From: Massalongia carnosa | Taxonomy: Eukaryota | Direction: 5' to 3' | DNA length: 64,000 nucleotides | Assembly: GCA_965645245.1 (NCBI GenBank) | Contig: OZ287068.1 | Span: 310,001 to 374,000, forward strand | Shown here: positions 24,454 to 36,693 of the stretch, piece by piece | Layout of the letters: every line of letters starts with the position of its first letter | Position numbering within the stretch: position 1 is the first letter of the stretch | Program-made: the position numbers and the translations under genes | The notes under the pieces: model-generated | The model's input: the letters and a program-made list of their open reading frames with translations, nothing else | What the model was told of the DNA's origin: nothing | Database searches by the model: none

Positions 24454-25322
24454 TTAATATGCATTTTTCAGCAAATCCGAAGCGGCATCGCCCAATCTGT
24501 CTGCTAGATTTTGCTTTTCATCCACGTTGGTCTTTCTGTATAGGATGAAATGCCCTACAGCAAACACGACTTTAAAGGCAACCTCAGCCACGGAGAAGCT
24601 CCATGAACTCGACTGTTCCCTAATCAACTTAAGCTCAATAGTTTCATTTCGAGGCTCACCTGAACACCGCATAAGGACTTGAAGTCCACCACCGCATTGA
24701 ATGCCGGCTGGAGCGCCGTCGCCTGGGGTGCACATGCCCAACCCCAAAGATCGTTGTTCTTGCCATGCAAACTCTTTTCGTAACGGTACAAAAAGGACAT
24801 CACGATCCATGAGATAATGTGTAGAGCATATTTGACGAGCGTAAACTTCCAGCTTTGCTGTGTCATCTTGAAGCAGCAGCAGTAGGCGAAAATTACAAAA
24901 ATCGAGAAAATCAACGTGAAGCCCGACCCAACGAGGAGCATGATTGTAGGCCACAGCTTCGTCTGTTTCGGCCAAGGGCCTCTCCCTTCACGGATGGTAT
25001 CCTTGGTAGTTTCATACTTGATTACGACGTACACCATAATCCCGAACATGACGAGGGAGAAGACGGATGAAACGGTCTGGGAGAGAAGTTTTGTGAGGCG
25101 GGCGTATCTTTTCCATTTTTCCAGTTTCCGTTGTCTCAGCCGGTTAAACTGACCCTGCTCCTTCATCGGCGGGGAAAGCTGTGGGGTGCGAGAAGTTTCG
25201 AATGGTTCATAAGGAACACTGGAATAACCATGATGCACGGGGCGCATTGAGAACATTTCGGTCGTCATGGCTGGAGGAGGTGGAGAAGTAGTTTCGGAAT
25301 AAGAGTACGAGGTAGAAGCCAT
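24454..25322 (-). CDS. Four-TM (MARVEL-like) fungal membrane protein
   Basis: Hydrophobic helices, GPWP..TKLWPT and DLWGWAC motifs. Intron 24659-24613 joins to SSSWSFSVAE...KNAY*. Confidence 0.75.
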
Positions 25323-28300
25323 GGCAAGAATCAAGACGATATGAGATGAAGATACAAGACGATGCTTATGGAGTGAAGCCTGTTGTAAGAAGAAATAAGG
25401 CCTGAAAGGAAAGAATTTTTCGATAGGTCGTTTAAAGATAGCTTGAAAAAGGCTTGAAAGAGGCTTGAAAGAGGCTCGTACCGAAGACAAATGCGGAGAG
25501 AAATCATATGTTAAATACCCGTTACATATCTGTACCCTGATCTACACGCACTCGTATTCTAGCTGACATGCACACTGCTGAACAATGCATCTCTGCAGGC
25601 CCGACAGTCAACGGTCACTGCTGACTCAAGCCAATCACGGCATCGAGTTCATCACCAATGTTTATAATTTTACCAACCCCGCCAACTTTCTTGCCCTAAA
25701 GCGATCGAGGACAGTGGAGGTGGCTGTTGATGGCATAAGAATAGGTGCGAATCTTGCCAGGGGTCCAGCTAGCGGGGGGGCTGTACCCCGTCACGTGCTC
25801 GTAAAGTTATTCAAAACTACATATCACCCCACCGCTAACAGGAATCGAACCTATTATGAAAATACAATGAATTCAGGCAAACTGTCATCCGCTTCCCTCA
25901 GCAATGCTATCTAGATCCCTACTGATGTGTTTGCATATAAACCCGAGGATTGGGGGGTTGCGATTTGGCCCTGTTTGGGTGAAAGCTAGAATAGATGCTC
26001 AGGCCTGGGCATCAGGCTCTACCTACGAGCGTCTTGTCGAAATGGTCCATGGCTTCGCGACTCATGAAACAACAACTTGATTGAGGATTCTGATTAGGGT
26101 ACAATGTTCACTCAGTACGGGGGTGGAGATCTAAGCTGGAGACATATAAATGAGAACTGCTGATTCGATACTCCACTCATGGCTGCTACGGACACGCTAA
26201 AGTGGATATGATGTAGTCACGGAACAGAGAGTCATGATTTCGTTATCGCCATATGGGGAATATAAGTTAATGTAGCCCAGCCTTTCTCCCAAGACCGCGG
26301 ACTATCATCACCCATTGAGAGCTCTCCGACCCATCGTCAGTATCTCATCCTGAGGCCATCTTGGGCTTTGTGCCGTCGTTGACCCCAAACCCTAGCTACT
26401 CTAGGGGGCTTTGTTCTCGGGAAGGGCGCTTTCGAGCCGCCATTGTTGGAGCCGATCAAGCTTTGGCCGAAGCCTTCTCGGTCGTCTCCTGAATGATCTT
26501 TGCTGTCTACATCTCAACCAGAGGCCATCCAAATCGTGGTGGAAATAACTTACGCGCACTCTTCGTAGATAGATCGATTTCCGGCTTATTGCTTGCCGCA
26601 GCCAAACCAGACGGGAGAGGAATACTGAAGCTGATGAAGTTGTCGACTAATCTTTATATGATGAGCCCACAGAAAATGCAGCAGGTGAGGAAGGCGGCTC
26701 TTACTTCTGCGATGCCATCTGCTCTCTTGGTCCGTTCAGGATCATGCTTTGACGCGCCTGGGGAATGCCTTGCTGCCTTGGGAAGCTTACAGCAATGGGG
26801 CCGGTCGTCTCCCGTCCTGCAGGACCTCGTTTCCGCCGCGCTACCCCCGTTTTTACTAGTGGGACCTTTGGCGTCTCGCTTACTGCATTCTTCGTGGCGG
26901 TTTGGCTGCCCATCGGGTGCTGTGTTTCGCTCGACATGACAACCACAACTGGGGGAAGGAATGGAGTGTAGATCGGCTTCTAAGGGATGATGTTTAGCAA
27001 TGTTCTGCCTTTCCGGTCGGACGTGGGTATTTCGAATATAAAGGTCCTGGGAAGCCGCGTGACTCACCCGTTAGGCATCGTTGAAGAAGCGGTAAAGCAC
27101 CGATCCACCGGTGAGTAACACCAGTACTACGCTGACTGTGCCTTTGACCACCCAAACGACAACCTCAGTAGATCATAGCTGAATCCCAGCGCCCGTCAAT
27201 GGAGCACATCAAGCTGGACAAGCAATGTGACGAGCAAGACGACAAGCGGAAGTCACACCGAATTTTCGATACGCACACCTATCAATCCCAGGAAACGACT
27301 TGTCGGTGAAGTTTTAGCGGAGCACTTGCACCCATTGGGGCAAGCTGGCTGCAGCAGGGTATAAACATAGATCTCGGTTAACCTTGGCTTGTGCGCCCCT
27401 GAATGAGGCTGATGACTGAGGCTGCCGCTAAGTTACCATGGTCGGAACGTCGGAACAGTATCGGGGGGTTAACGCTGACATTCTCGAATCCAAGAAGAAC
27501 GAAATGAATTCATCCTTCGAAGACTAGGTCATATAAGCGGGCATCAATTACCCGATATCCTTCGAAAAGCCTCATTCCTCGGGTTCTAAAATCCTCCCAC
27601 ATGCCTTGTTCTGACCGTCACGGTAGCTCCGACTAAGGTCCCGAGAGTGATCTCATATTCCCTGCGATGTCGGCTGTCCCCTATTGCTTTGACAGCCTTT
27701 CGGGCCAACAGATTTCACTCTGGATCGGATAAAGTGTGCCGCACGCGCCTCGTCTTCATCACCAACGTAAGAACGGAAGCCAGGATCATTTCCAACCGCA
27801 CAGCGGCACAATTCCCACTGCTCTATAGAGTAATTCCGAAGCCCACTAACGCTACTGTAGAGATCGGGTGCGGTTCATTTCATCTTTGTATTTATTGCTC
27901 ACGCTATTAGGATCAGGTACATAGGCTTGAGAACTAAAGTCTCAAATCTTGTAATGAGTCAGCAACAGGGATCTATCGTGACGCAGCACAACCCACACGT
28001 ACTGTGTAGTAATACCCTGAACCGAGTTGAGTACAGAGTATAGAGTATAGAGTATAGAGTTGCAGAGTGCAGAGTGTGATCAACCAGTTTTGGAAATGAA
28101 TCGACAGGCTCCGAGGCCCTGCATAAAACAAAATTACTCCATGGGTGCATGGAATCAATCCTTTGAGCTTATTGGTTTGCCAATGACCAATCACAAGCGG
28201 GCCTTCCATGCGCACCCTCATCGGAGCCAATCAAGAGCCCTGACCATCCTTACCGCCCCACTCGCAGACTGCTGATCCTTGTTGGATTGATATTAGCTAC

Positions 28301-28537
28301 GCAAAGAAAGGAAAAAGGAAATTGCAAAAGATTGGTTTTGATCCTTTGTGGAAATCCAACATGCGTTGTTATCTCGACCCCCATTCACTGATGCACATAC
28401 GTATGCTGCTCCTACACGCTCACATCGCGTTGCTTTCGCTGGGATTTAAATAGTGGGAGAATCCCCCTCCGTCCTGCCGTGTGACGTCGACGGTGTGATC
28501 CAAATACCTCGGACATAAATTCCGATTATTGGCCACG

Positions 28538-28798
28538 ATGAACTTTTATTACTTGATTTCGCTCTGTGGCTTCTTGGTTTCGTCGAGCAGTGCCAGCCCG
28601 ATGAAGATTCTTGGATCCGAACCGGCGTGCGCACGAGCTTGTCTCGAACAATACAATGCTTGCGCTCAGGAGCCGTTTCAAGAACGGCCCGATCTCTGGT
28701 ACATGATGCTACTCAATGTCATTCTTGGCTCCTGACTGACGTCGGCACCTAGTGATCAAGACCTCTTCGACTGTTGTCGTCCTCGGGCTAGACTCTGA
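28538..28798 (+). CDS. Small secreted cysteine-rich peptide, 68 aa, 2 exons
   Basis: gccacgATG start, signal-peptide-like N-terminus, intron 28699-28752 (GTACAT..CTGAC..TAG). Product: MNFYYLISLCGFLVSSSSASPMKILGSEPACARACLEQYNACAQEPFQERPDLCDQDLFDCCRPRARL. Confidence 0.6.
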
Positions 28799-30840
28799 AC
28801 GGCTGCCTTGGCGCACTGGTGTTCTCCTATTGTTAGGTTCATATATGCACCTTCCTCTGCCAAAATCAGGAGTCCTCGAGTCATCTTTGCGACTTCTCTC
28901 GCGTGGTCGTTTGTGTCCACCAGATCGCAACGTACACCAGCGCTCTCTCTGAACCTCGATGCATTATTGTTACACGCCTTTCGCCAACTCGGCTCCAGCG
29001 TAGCCCTTTTTGTCTGCACCGATCCGGTCAACAAAGTCTCATCGCGATCTTTCCCAGCCATGTGAGAGTGCTGAAACGAAAACATCCGCCAATCTACTAT
29101 CGCCGACCACCTAGCTACTATGCTGCGGACATTCCAAATCCACCCCAGCCCAGGTCCTCCCTTCGTTATTCTTCTAAGAACAGCAAAATCTGTATTTCAC
29201 AGCATCTCAACTTTGTAGCTAGGGAATACCCCTATGGATACGTCAACAAGGGATCATCGATGAACGTTCTCCCACGCTCCTGGTCACATCTGAGAATGGA
29301 ATAGGAGTCCATGACCCCTTGCGATGCCTCGCTTGGTCTTGAGGCTTGACGAACAAAACGATCTGGTGTTTGATAGGAATATTGTGATTCCATGGAAAAC
29401 AAATAAGGAATCACGATGTATGGAGGAAGAACGATAGGTAGTGTGGGGGTGTAGATGGCACAAGGGATCGAAATGGGGATCTTGAAAGGCGTAATTAATA
29501 CGCTTCGAGAAATAATGTTTACTGTTCTGACTACTGCTATCGCCTCTCCACCATTTGATTCCCAAGGCAAACACAATTCCGCCGAGTGCTTATGGTCAGA
29601 GTTCCGAGACTTGGAAACCCTATCGAGAAAAGAAACCAAATTAGGTCTAAGATCTGATTCTCCGAGGAACGGCCATCAGAGTTATAACGGTACGATCAGG
29701 GATGGATGGGCAAACCGGTCTGCCGTAAAAGAGAAATATGAGTCTCAATCGAAGAGGTCTTAATAAAGCTATGAAAATCAGAAATTATCTTTTAATAAAA
29801 TATCCACCATCGTGTAGTGCTGCGTTGCGCGAATGAGATACCTATTAAGCTACTTAACCTAGAAAATACAATCATAAATATGAAGAAATACCTACTACGA
29901 CCTTCCCGCATTTCCTGCTTCCGATCAATTTCTACATCATTTTCATCTCTTCAATTAACTCAAGTACCCAGTATCATCTTGCTGACCACCTGACTGCTCC
30001 ATGCCCAAAGTCGGCCTTTCCAATCATCCAGTCCCCCCTCCTGACAAGTCTCGATGCACTACCCCATACCCCATACCTCCGTCTCCATCACCGACTTCAT
30101 CCAGCCCGTCCCCACCATCCCTCCAACCCTCCCAGGCCGTTCGGCCGGCCCACCGCCAGTCCCCACGACTAGGTACTCTAGTTAGCAGCACCCCTTTCCG
30201 GGCTTCCCGATATTCTAATTCTCGATCTCCGCCCTAAACCCCTAAGTCCTCCCCTATTAACTCCAGTCTTCACGCTGATCTTGCCCACCGCGATCCCGAA
30301 CTACTGAATAACTGACTCCACTTTGATCGTGGCCGCGCATGTAAAGGAAGAGAAGAGAAGAAGAGAACAGCAATTCGATTACTTTACTCCCTCTCACGCG
30401 CTCCTTCAATCGGATTCTTCGTTCCTTGCTCGCCTCAATCGTTGTCTTACTTATTCCTCACTTCTCTCGTCGCTTCGAGAATTTCTCCGTTCATCATCGT
30501 GATCGCTCGCCAGTCTTATCATCGCCTCGTCTACCTCTCTCCTGCTATTTACCCCTCCTGATGTCGATACGAGCACTGACTGATCGAAGACTAGTTATTT
30601 TGAGCTTTGCCAGCTCACTCCTTTTCCCTTCATCTCTGCTTCTCTTGACCAGATCCAACCTCCACCCTCTTTTCTCCGTCATCGCACCTTTCTCTATTGC
30701 AGCTTCTTGCAGCCTCTCTAGCGTCTCTATTGCAGGCTCTTTCTGGTAATGGTATGCAATATATATATATTTTTTTTTTCAGAAGAAAAATCCAGAGAAA
30801 GGGACAGAAAAGATGTACGAAAGCGAAGCAGGAGTGGATT

Positions 30841-30969
30841 TATTATTGACTTCATTCCTCCCCCTTCTTCAAGATATTCTTCAGTGTCTGTCTCATTTCA
30901 ATCAGGCTGATGCCCTACGAAAAGGCCCATTAGACGTCGTGGTAATTTCTAATCGGAATGTCAAGTCGA
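30841..30969 (+). mobile_element. Internally deleted relic of the piggyBac element at 10.3-13.2 kb
   Basis: 30841-30899 matches 10407-10465 (2 mismatches) and is joined directly to 30900-30969, which matches 12892-12961 (4 mismatches). Confidence 0.85.
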
Positions 30970-31284
30970 GGAGTTCTCGATCGTCAGATGACTGACGCTC
31001 ATGAATGGTAGCATGCGATAGCCGCGATATTCATCGTATTTGTTCTTCTTGTTGGAATACTCGCTTAGCCCCATTAGTTCTAGCTCAGCCCTGCAGGCTG
31101 CCATAACTGCTGTGCTGCTATAAGCATTCACCTCCGTATTTCAACATTATGCCGTCAACTGTTCATTTAACACTTCTTGTCTTTGTTGATGACGGAGAAT
31201 TGCGTGACTGAGTTGGGGGTTCAGTTGAATTTGCTGTGGTTCGCGTTTGTGATCCATTCTCGTTTCAGTTTCATGATGTTGCGA

Positions 31285-31760
31285 GGTTTCGAAAAATGTC
31301 AATAGTGTCATTCTCTGCGCCCGAAGCTACACCACCGAAAAAATCAATGATTATATCCTTGATAAAGTCGGCGATAGAATAAACCCACTCGATGTACGTC
31401 TTTTTCGAGTCAGCAGCTAAATTTCTGACTTTACCGTTGCTGTTTTTGGTGTAAGAATAACTCAATGAAGTGATCTTGATTGTGTGATTGTCGACTGATA
31501 ATGATTCAATCAACAAATCCTGATAATAAGGATGCTCGATGACCCGATTATCTAACAGCACATGAGCATATCGATCGGGCTCCTTGTCTTCCGCGTCCAA
31601 ATACTTGAGAGCGCAGGTCTTGTTGAGAGTCATGAGCTCAGTCAACAAACTATGTGGTAGGTTAAAGAAGAACACCATGCGTTTTCGTGTGTTGACTCAC
31701 ATAGAGTTATCCTATTCTCCAACACCTTAAGTAGTAGTAATGTTATCCTTCTACACTAGG
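31285..31760 (-). pseudogene. Fragment of a fungal copper amine oxidase gene (N-terminal region), heavily mutated
   Basis: GE*DNSI|LLTELMTLNKT..LKYLD...EPDRYAHVLLD..YYQDLLIESLSV..GKVRNL..W...I.DI..DFFGG..G.ENDTIDIF, with retained intron 31700-31650. No catalytic domain nearby. Confidence 0.7.
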
Positions 31761-32050
31761 CATCCTTTACACTAGATTTAACTATCATGAAGACGGGTGA
31801 ATGGTTTGACGAGACGCTGACTAGACGAGGAGTTAATGAGTTGCTACGTCAATAGATAACAAGATGCTGAACGCCATGATGACAGGTACCAACAAGCGCC
31901 CAAAGAACCATGCTCAGCTGGAACAGATCGGACTTTACACCCATGGTATATGGAAGCCCCGTAGATACTCTCCACGAACTTTGATATCTTTGGCAGTTCC
32001 CACCCGACCGACGGGGCAGCCAACAACCATCCACCAAAAAAAAAGTATCG

Positions 32051-33094
32051 TCAAGTTCCCCAATAGCTATCCAATTGCTTATCCTCGCAAATGTCCCCTT
32101 CCTCGAGCTCCTCCCCGTCCGGCTCGGCCCAATCGGACGGCTGGGGTGGATGATCGTATACCCCCCGGTTCTCATAATACTCTGCCAATTCGCCAAGCCC
32201 AAGATCACGGAGCAAATCCTCAACGAAGTAGCCCGGATCCCCAAAGTGGCTATCCACCAGGTCTGCAAACCCGGCCGGGCCTCGGGCGTGGGACTGTACC
32301 AGTAGCTCGCAGGCCAGCTCAGCCCAGCTGTTGATGGCGGCGGGATCGACGGTGCCGGCATGCTGGCGGAATTCGATGGTGTGGAGGCTCGTGAAGTGCA
32401 GGTTGTACAGGTTGTAGGTGACATAAGGATCGGTGTTGCCGTCGATGAGCCCGAAGCGTTGCACCAACTCCTCTTGCGAGCGGAAGGCTTGGATGATGCG
32501 GAGCCGCGCGTGCGGCTCCACGCCCTTGAAGACTTTGCCCAGGGTCTTAGCGAAGGGAGTTTGCTGCCGAGCCGGCGGATGCAGAGAGCTCAGCTGCCTC
32601 TCAAACCCGGTGACCAGCGTGCAGAAGTTCTTCAGCGTGCCCAAGGGAAACCCGGAACTCCCGTTGCCCACGTGGACGTGGAGGCCGCAGGTGTAGTTGA
32701 CTTCGATGACGAAATTTGCCATGACGAGCCCGACGACTTGGCGGACCTGGGCCCTGGCGGTAGCGCCGTGGTAGAACACAGGAGTCTGTAACTCCACGCT
32801 GCACCAGGCGCCCTTCATGTGGAAGCCGTCATCCGGGTGGCAGGACCCATCCCTATCGACGGTCCAGCGGGTGAAGTTCCTGTCGCCGGGCCCGTTAGTC
32901 TCGATATCGTTTTCCCTCAGAACGCGGATCATACGCTCACGTACGAGAAACTCGAGTTTTTCGCCACGCGAGGCGGTGCTCTGCTGCCAAGCCGTGCGGT
33001 CCCAGTGGTCGAGCTCGTTGTCGTATTCATGTTTGTTGAAGTGAACTAGAAACTCAATCTCAAGGCCAAAGGTTACGTTGAGCGGGGCTTCCAT
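32051..33094 (-). CDS. Amidoligase_2 family (COOH-NH2 ligase, glutamine-synthetase-like fold) protein
   Basis: Motifs TFGLEIEF, WTVDRDGS, VELQTP, TCGLHVHVG, YNLYNL and TIEFRQHAGT. Intronless. Start at 33094 or 33160. Confidence 0.85.
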   Translation of the reverse strand: MEAPLNVTFGLEIEFLVHFNKHEYDNELDHWDRTAWQQSTASRGEKLEFLVRERMIRVLRENDIETNGPGDRNFTRWTVDRDGSCHPDDGFHMKGAWCSVELQTPVFYHGATARAQVRQVVGLVMANFVIEVNYTCGLHVHVGNGSSGFPLGTLKNFCTLVTGFERQLSSLHPPARQQTPFAKTLGKVFKGVEPHARLRIIQAFRSQEELVQRFGLIDGNTDPYVTYNLYNLHFTSLHTIEFRQHAGTVDPAAINSWAELACELLVQSHARGPAGFADLVDSHFGDPGYFVEDLLRDLGLGELAEYYENRGVYDHPPQPSDWAEPDGEELEEGDICEDKQLDSYWGT

Positions 33095-34383
33095 GGTTTG
33101 TGTATCGATGAACTGTGGTTGCGAGGCGCATGCGGATCTATACGGTAGAGATGGTATCATTGTGGACGATGGTGAGATGGGAGGTTATGACTGTGCCTAG
33201 CCAAGAGATATTTTGATTAAGACAATCACACACTGTGTTCAATCGCGCAGGGCTCAAACGCATGAGAACAAAGAACCCCGGCGCGGAAGTGAACGAAATA
33301 TCGAACTTATACAATGAACGTAGAACCGCAAATAAGGAATCAAACAAAGAAAAAGGGGCATACGGACTAAGCAGGAAAAAAAGGAAAACAACCCTGGAAT
33401 ATCCTACAACCAACGACTCATCCTGTTCGCCGCACAACGGCACTCATTCTCAGTGGCCTTCCACCAAAATGTTTCGAAATCCACCGCAACCAACACTACC
33501 TCCCTGTTATGTATCATCGATTTCTCTCATCTAGGGCAACAGTCACCTCCACTCCCCCCCCAATTTCTTAGATGAGCATATCTATCTACCTAACTCGCTC
33601 CATACCTGGACATAGATAGTTTTCATTCAACTGGAGAAGAAAAGAATAGAAAGACAGGACTATAGTAGGGTAAGGTGTAACTTGTGTACGATTGGTGGAG
33701 CAAAGAACGCTACCTATCTGGCGATGGGAATTTGCGGAAGAGGCAAGAACCTGGAAGAATATGTATACTTCTGTTTTGTTCCTACCCTGCAGCCTTCACA
33801 CTGGACGGGCGGTTGAGTCAATGGGGGAAAAGGTGGGTGGAGAGAAGGTTAGGTAGCGGTAGGTTTGGGGCGATGATGATAAGGTATATTGTGAGAAAGT
33901 GGTTGGGAAAAGGGACAGTGGAAGAAAGGTTATTTTGCCCTTGCCCGCCCAACAACAAAAATAAACGATAAATTTAGGCTTGGGAAGAAGGATTTTGGGA
34001 AGAAGAGCAACAAGGATAATTATATGAAGGGGGGGAACATGGATGGATGGGACTACCTTACCGTTAATAAGCCGAACAAACACGACATTGCAGCGTAAAC
34101 CATTTATCCCATAGTATTGGGGAAAAAGCGGAAATTTGGCAGCATGGTTGGAGATGGGCAACTATCAAGTACATCCCTTTTCGATAACGCAGGGCTTTCC
34201 CCTCGTAAGAGCGATTTCCTCCTACCAGGTATCTTTCCCTCATGAGCGCCGTCGAGTTTTGTCTCTTAACCAGGCTGCCTCCAATCTACCTATGTCCATC
34301 CTAGCCTAGCAGGACCGCCCCAATGCACGTGCCAGAAGTCGATAGTACATAAAAGAACGCACAGGGGATAGGACGGCATAAGT

Positions 34384-35401
34384 CTACCACGCTGGGTCTT
34401 CCTTCTTGGCACCATCCGCGGGCCAAGTCTCGGTGCCGGTAGGAGCGGGTGCGGAACTTGCAGCCCAGTCCGCACCGTCGGCCTCCCAACTTGATCCAGC
34501 TTGCGCACCAGCAGTATTGGAAGCAGCGGTGAAGGCGGCGGCACCGCCGGGAGCGCCGCCAGGAACCTCCCACTCAGCATTACCCGCGAACCCCTGATCG
34601 ATGGCCGCGGCTCCGACGTCATCCACGCCGGGAACTTTGCCCTCATCCACACCAGAAGCATCTTTGTTCTCTTCGGCTTCGGGATCGCGGTAGAAGTACA
34701 GATCGACCATGACGTCCCACTCGGTCTCGCGATCCTTGAGGGTGCCACGTAGGCGAAGGACCTCGCGCGCCAACATCCACCAGATCAGCCCGATTGCGTG
34801 GCGGCCCTTGTTATTAGTCGGGATGGCGACGTCAACGAATTCGGTGGGAGAGTCGGTGTCGCAGAGCGCGACGACGGGGATGTTGACATAGGAGGCTTCC
34901 TTGATGGCCTGGGCGTCGGTGCGGGGGTCGGTGACGATGATGAGACGCGGTTCTTTGAAGGAGCGGGTGATGTAATTTGTGAAATTACCCGGGGTAAAGC
35001 GGCCGGCGATAGCAACGGCACCGGTATGAGCGGCGAATTTAAGGACGGCGCGTTGGCCATAGGGACGAGCTGATATTACGGCAATATCGGCAGGATTGTC
35101 AACGGCTGCAATGATGCGTGCGGCAAGGACTACTTTCTCCCTTCGAAAGAACGCAGATTAGTATCTAAAGACCATGTTTGGGGGCGTTCCGTTTCCTAGT
35201 CGTATCATTGAGAAATCAGACACAAACTCACCAGGTTTTGCCAATGTTGATTACATTGATTCCATCAGGGCGAGTTTTCCATAGGTAAGGCTCCATGTGC
35301 ACTTGCAAATTTTTAGAGCCAAGATGACATTGAGCTGCGAGCAGCATCTCAATATCTTGCGAAGTCGCATTGAAGATTGAAGGAAGGTTTGCGGGCGCCA
35401 T
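34384..35401 (-). CDS. RPS0: 40S ribosomal protein S0 (uS2)
   Basis: [31 protein letters not shown]..., intron 35231-35141, later [20 protein letters not shown] and DLYFYRDPE. Confidence 0.97.
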
Positions 35402-35631
35402 ATTGGCGGTGTTGTATGCGACTTTGAATCAGGATAATCAGTTTTGGTTGAAGATGTCTTTTGTACGTGGTCGAACATTGAATATCTTCATTCGCTTAAT
35501 ATTTGTGTGTGCGCTAAAGTAGCCAGCCGTCATGCATAAGTTTCCGTGAATAAACTTTAGCGGCAGAATATAATACAGGCGTGGGTTTTCGTCTGGACTT
35601 TCTAGCATGACTGGCAAAACGTCCCTACAGA

Positions 35632-36693
35632 ATGGTTCCGCGAATATCAAGTTGGCTGCCGTCGCGCACTACAGGCATGAGGACTCCAAGCTTTGATTCA
35701 CGAATTTCGACAAGCTGACTCAAGCTAGCAGACTACATTCGTTGTTGCGCGTATGAATCTACCCTCTTTAAACCCTCGCTACGAAAGCCTTTCTCTACAA
35801 CACCGTCCGCATCTGCCGTGAAAAGAGTCGAAAGAAAAGACTTCAAAGATGCATATGCCTTCAAGCAAGCAAAGCAGCGTAAAGATGCAAATGTTAGTCG
35901 GCAGGCTGTATTGAAGAAGCAAAGAGAGGAGGCAGCAGGGGACCCTATCCGTGGTATCACAACCCCCTTTGTGGAATCCTTCGACATAGCACGTCCACCC
36001 CCGTTGGAGCAAAAACATGCTAAAAATCCCGCCAAATCGCACACTCATTTTCCCTCCAAGCTTTCCTCGTTGCCACCCACGGAAGAGAAAGAGAGGCACC
36101 TTAACAACTTCATTACCAAGGACGCCCTTGAGAGGTCTCTCGATTTCTCTCGCTTGCTCACAGAGCCTAGCACTCCTGATACCACAGCAGCAAGCGATCC
36201 AGCACAGTTAGCTGCCGAGCTCGAAGACCACGAAAGGCGGCACGAAAATGCAGAAAGGGCGTTGAATCTTATTATCGGTCTTGAAAACACCAGCAGCAAG
36301 GATCGCACAAGGATAAACATTCAGCGGGTTATCGATAAGTTTGGACGACACAATACCGATCAGTACCTAAAACCAAAGGCACCTTCGACCATGTCCAAGA
36401 ACGCTTCTCTTACTCATCCAGAGCCAACACCGCGCGCTGGTCCGGATGTTGGATCGTCAGAGGTGCAGATTGGAATACTCACAGCGAAGATCCGCGTATT
36501 GGCGGATCGATACCAAGGTGAGAATCGGATGGACAAAGCGAACAAGCGGAATCTTCGGCTATTATTACACCGAAGGCAGAAACTCTTAAAGTACATGCAG
36601 CAGAGGGAGAGAGGATCTGAGCGGTGGCAGTACATGATCCAGACCTTAGGACTCACCGAAGCAACGTGGAAAGGCGAGATAGAAGTTAGGTGA
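35632..36693 (+). CDS. MRPS28: Mitochondrial ribosomal protein uS15m
   Basis: S15 motif DVGSSEVQIGILTAKI...DKANKRNLRLLLHRRQKLLKYM. The short first exon joins through a predicted GC-AG intron 35675-35728 (or 35731). Confidence 0.88.

Noticed and set aside
26493..27067. Overlapping 60-150 aa ORFs on both strands
   Set aside because: No family motif or consistent exon chain.
28787..28798. C-terminal ARL of the peptide as a peroxisomal PTS1
   Set aside because: It conflicts with the N-terminal signal peptide and is probably coincidental.
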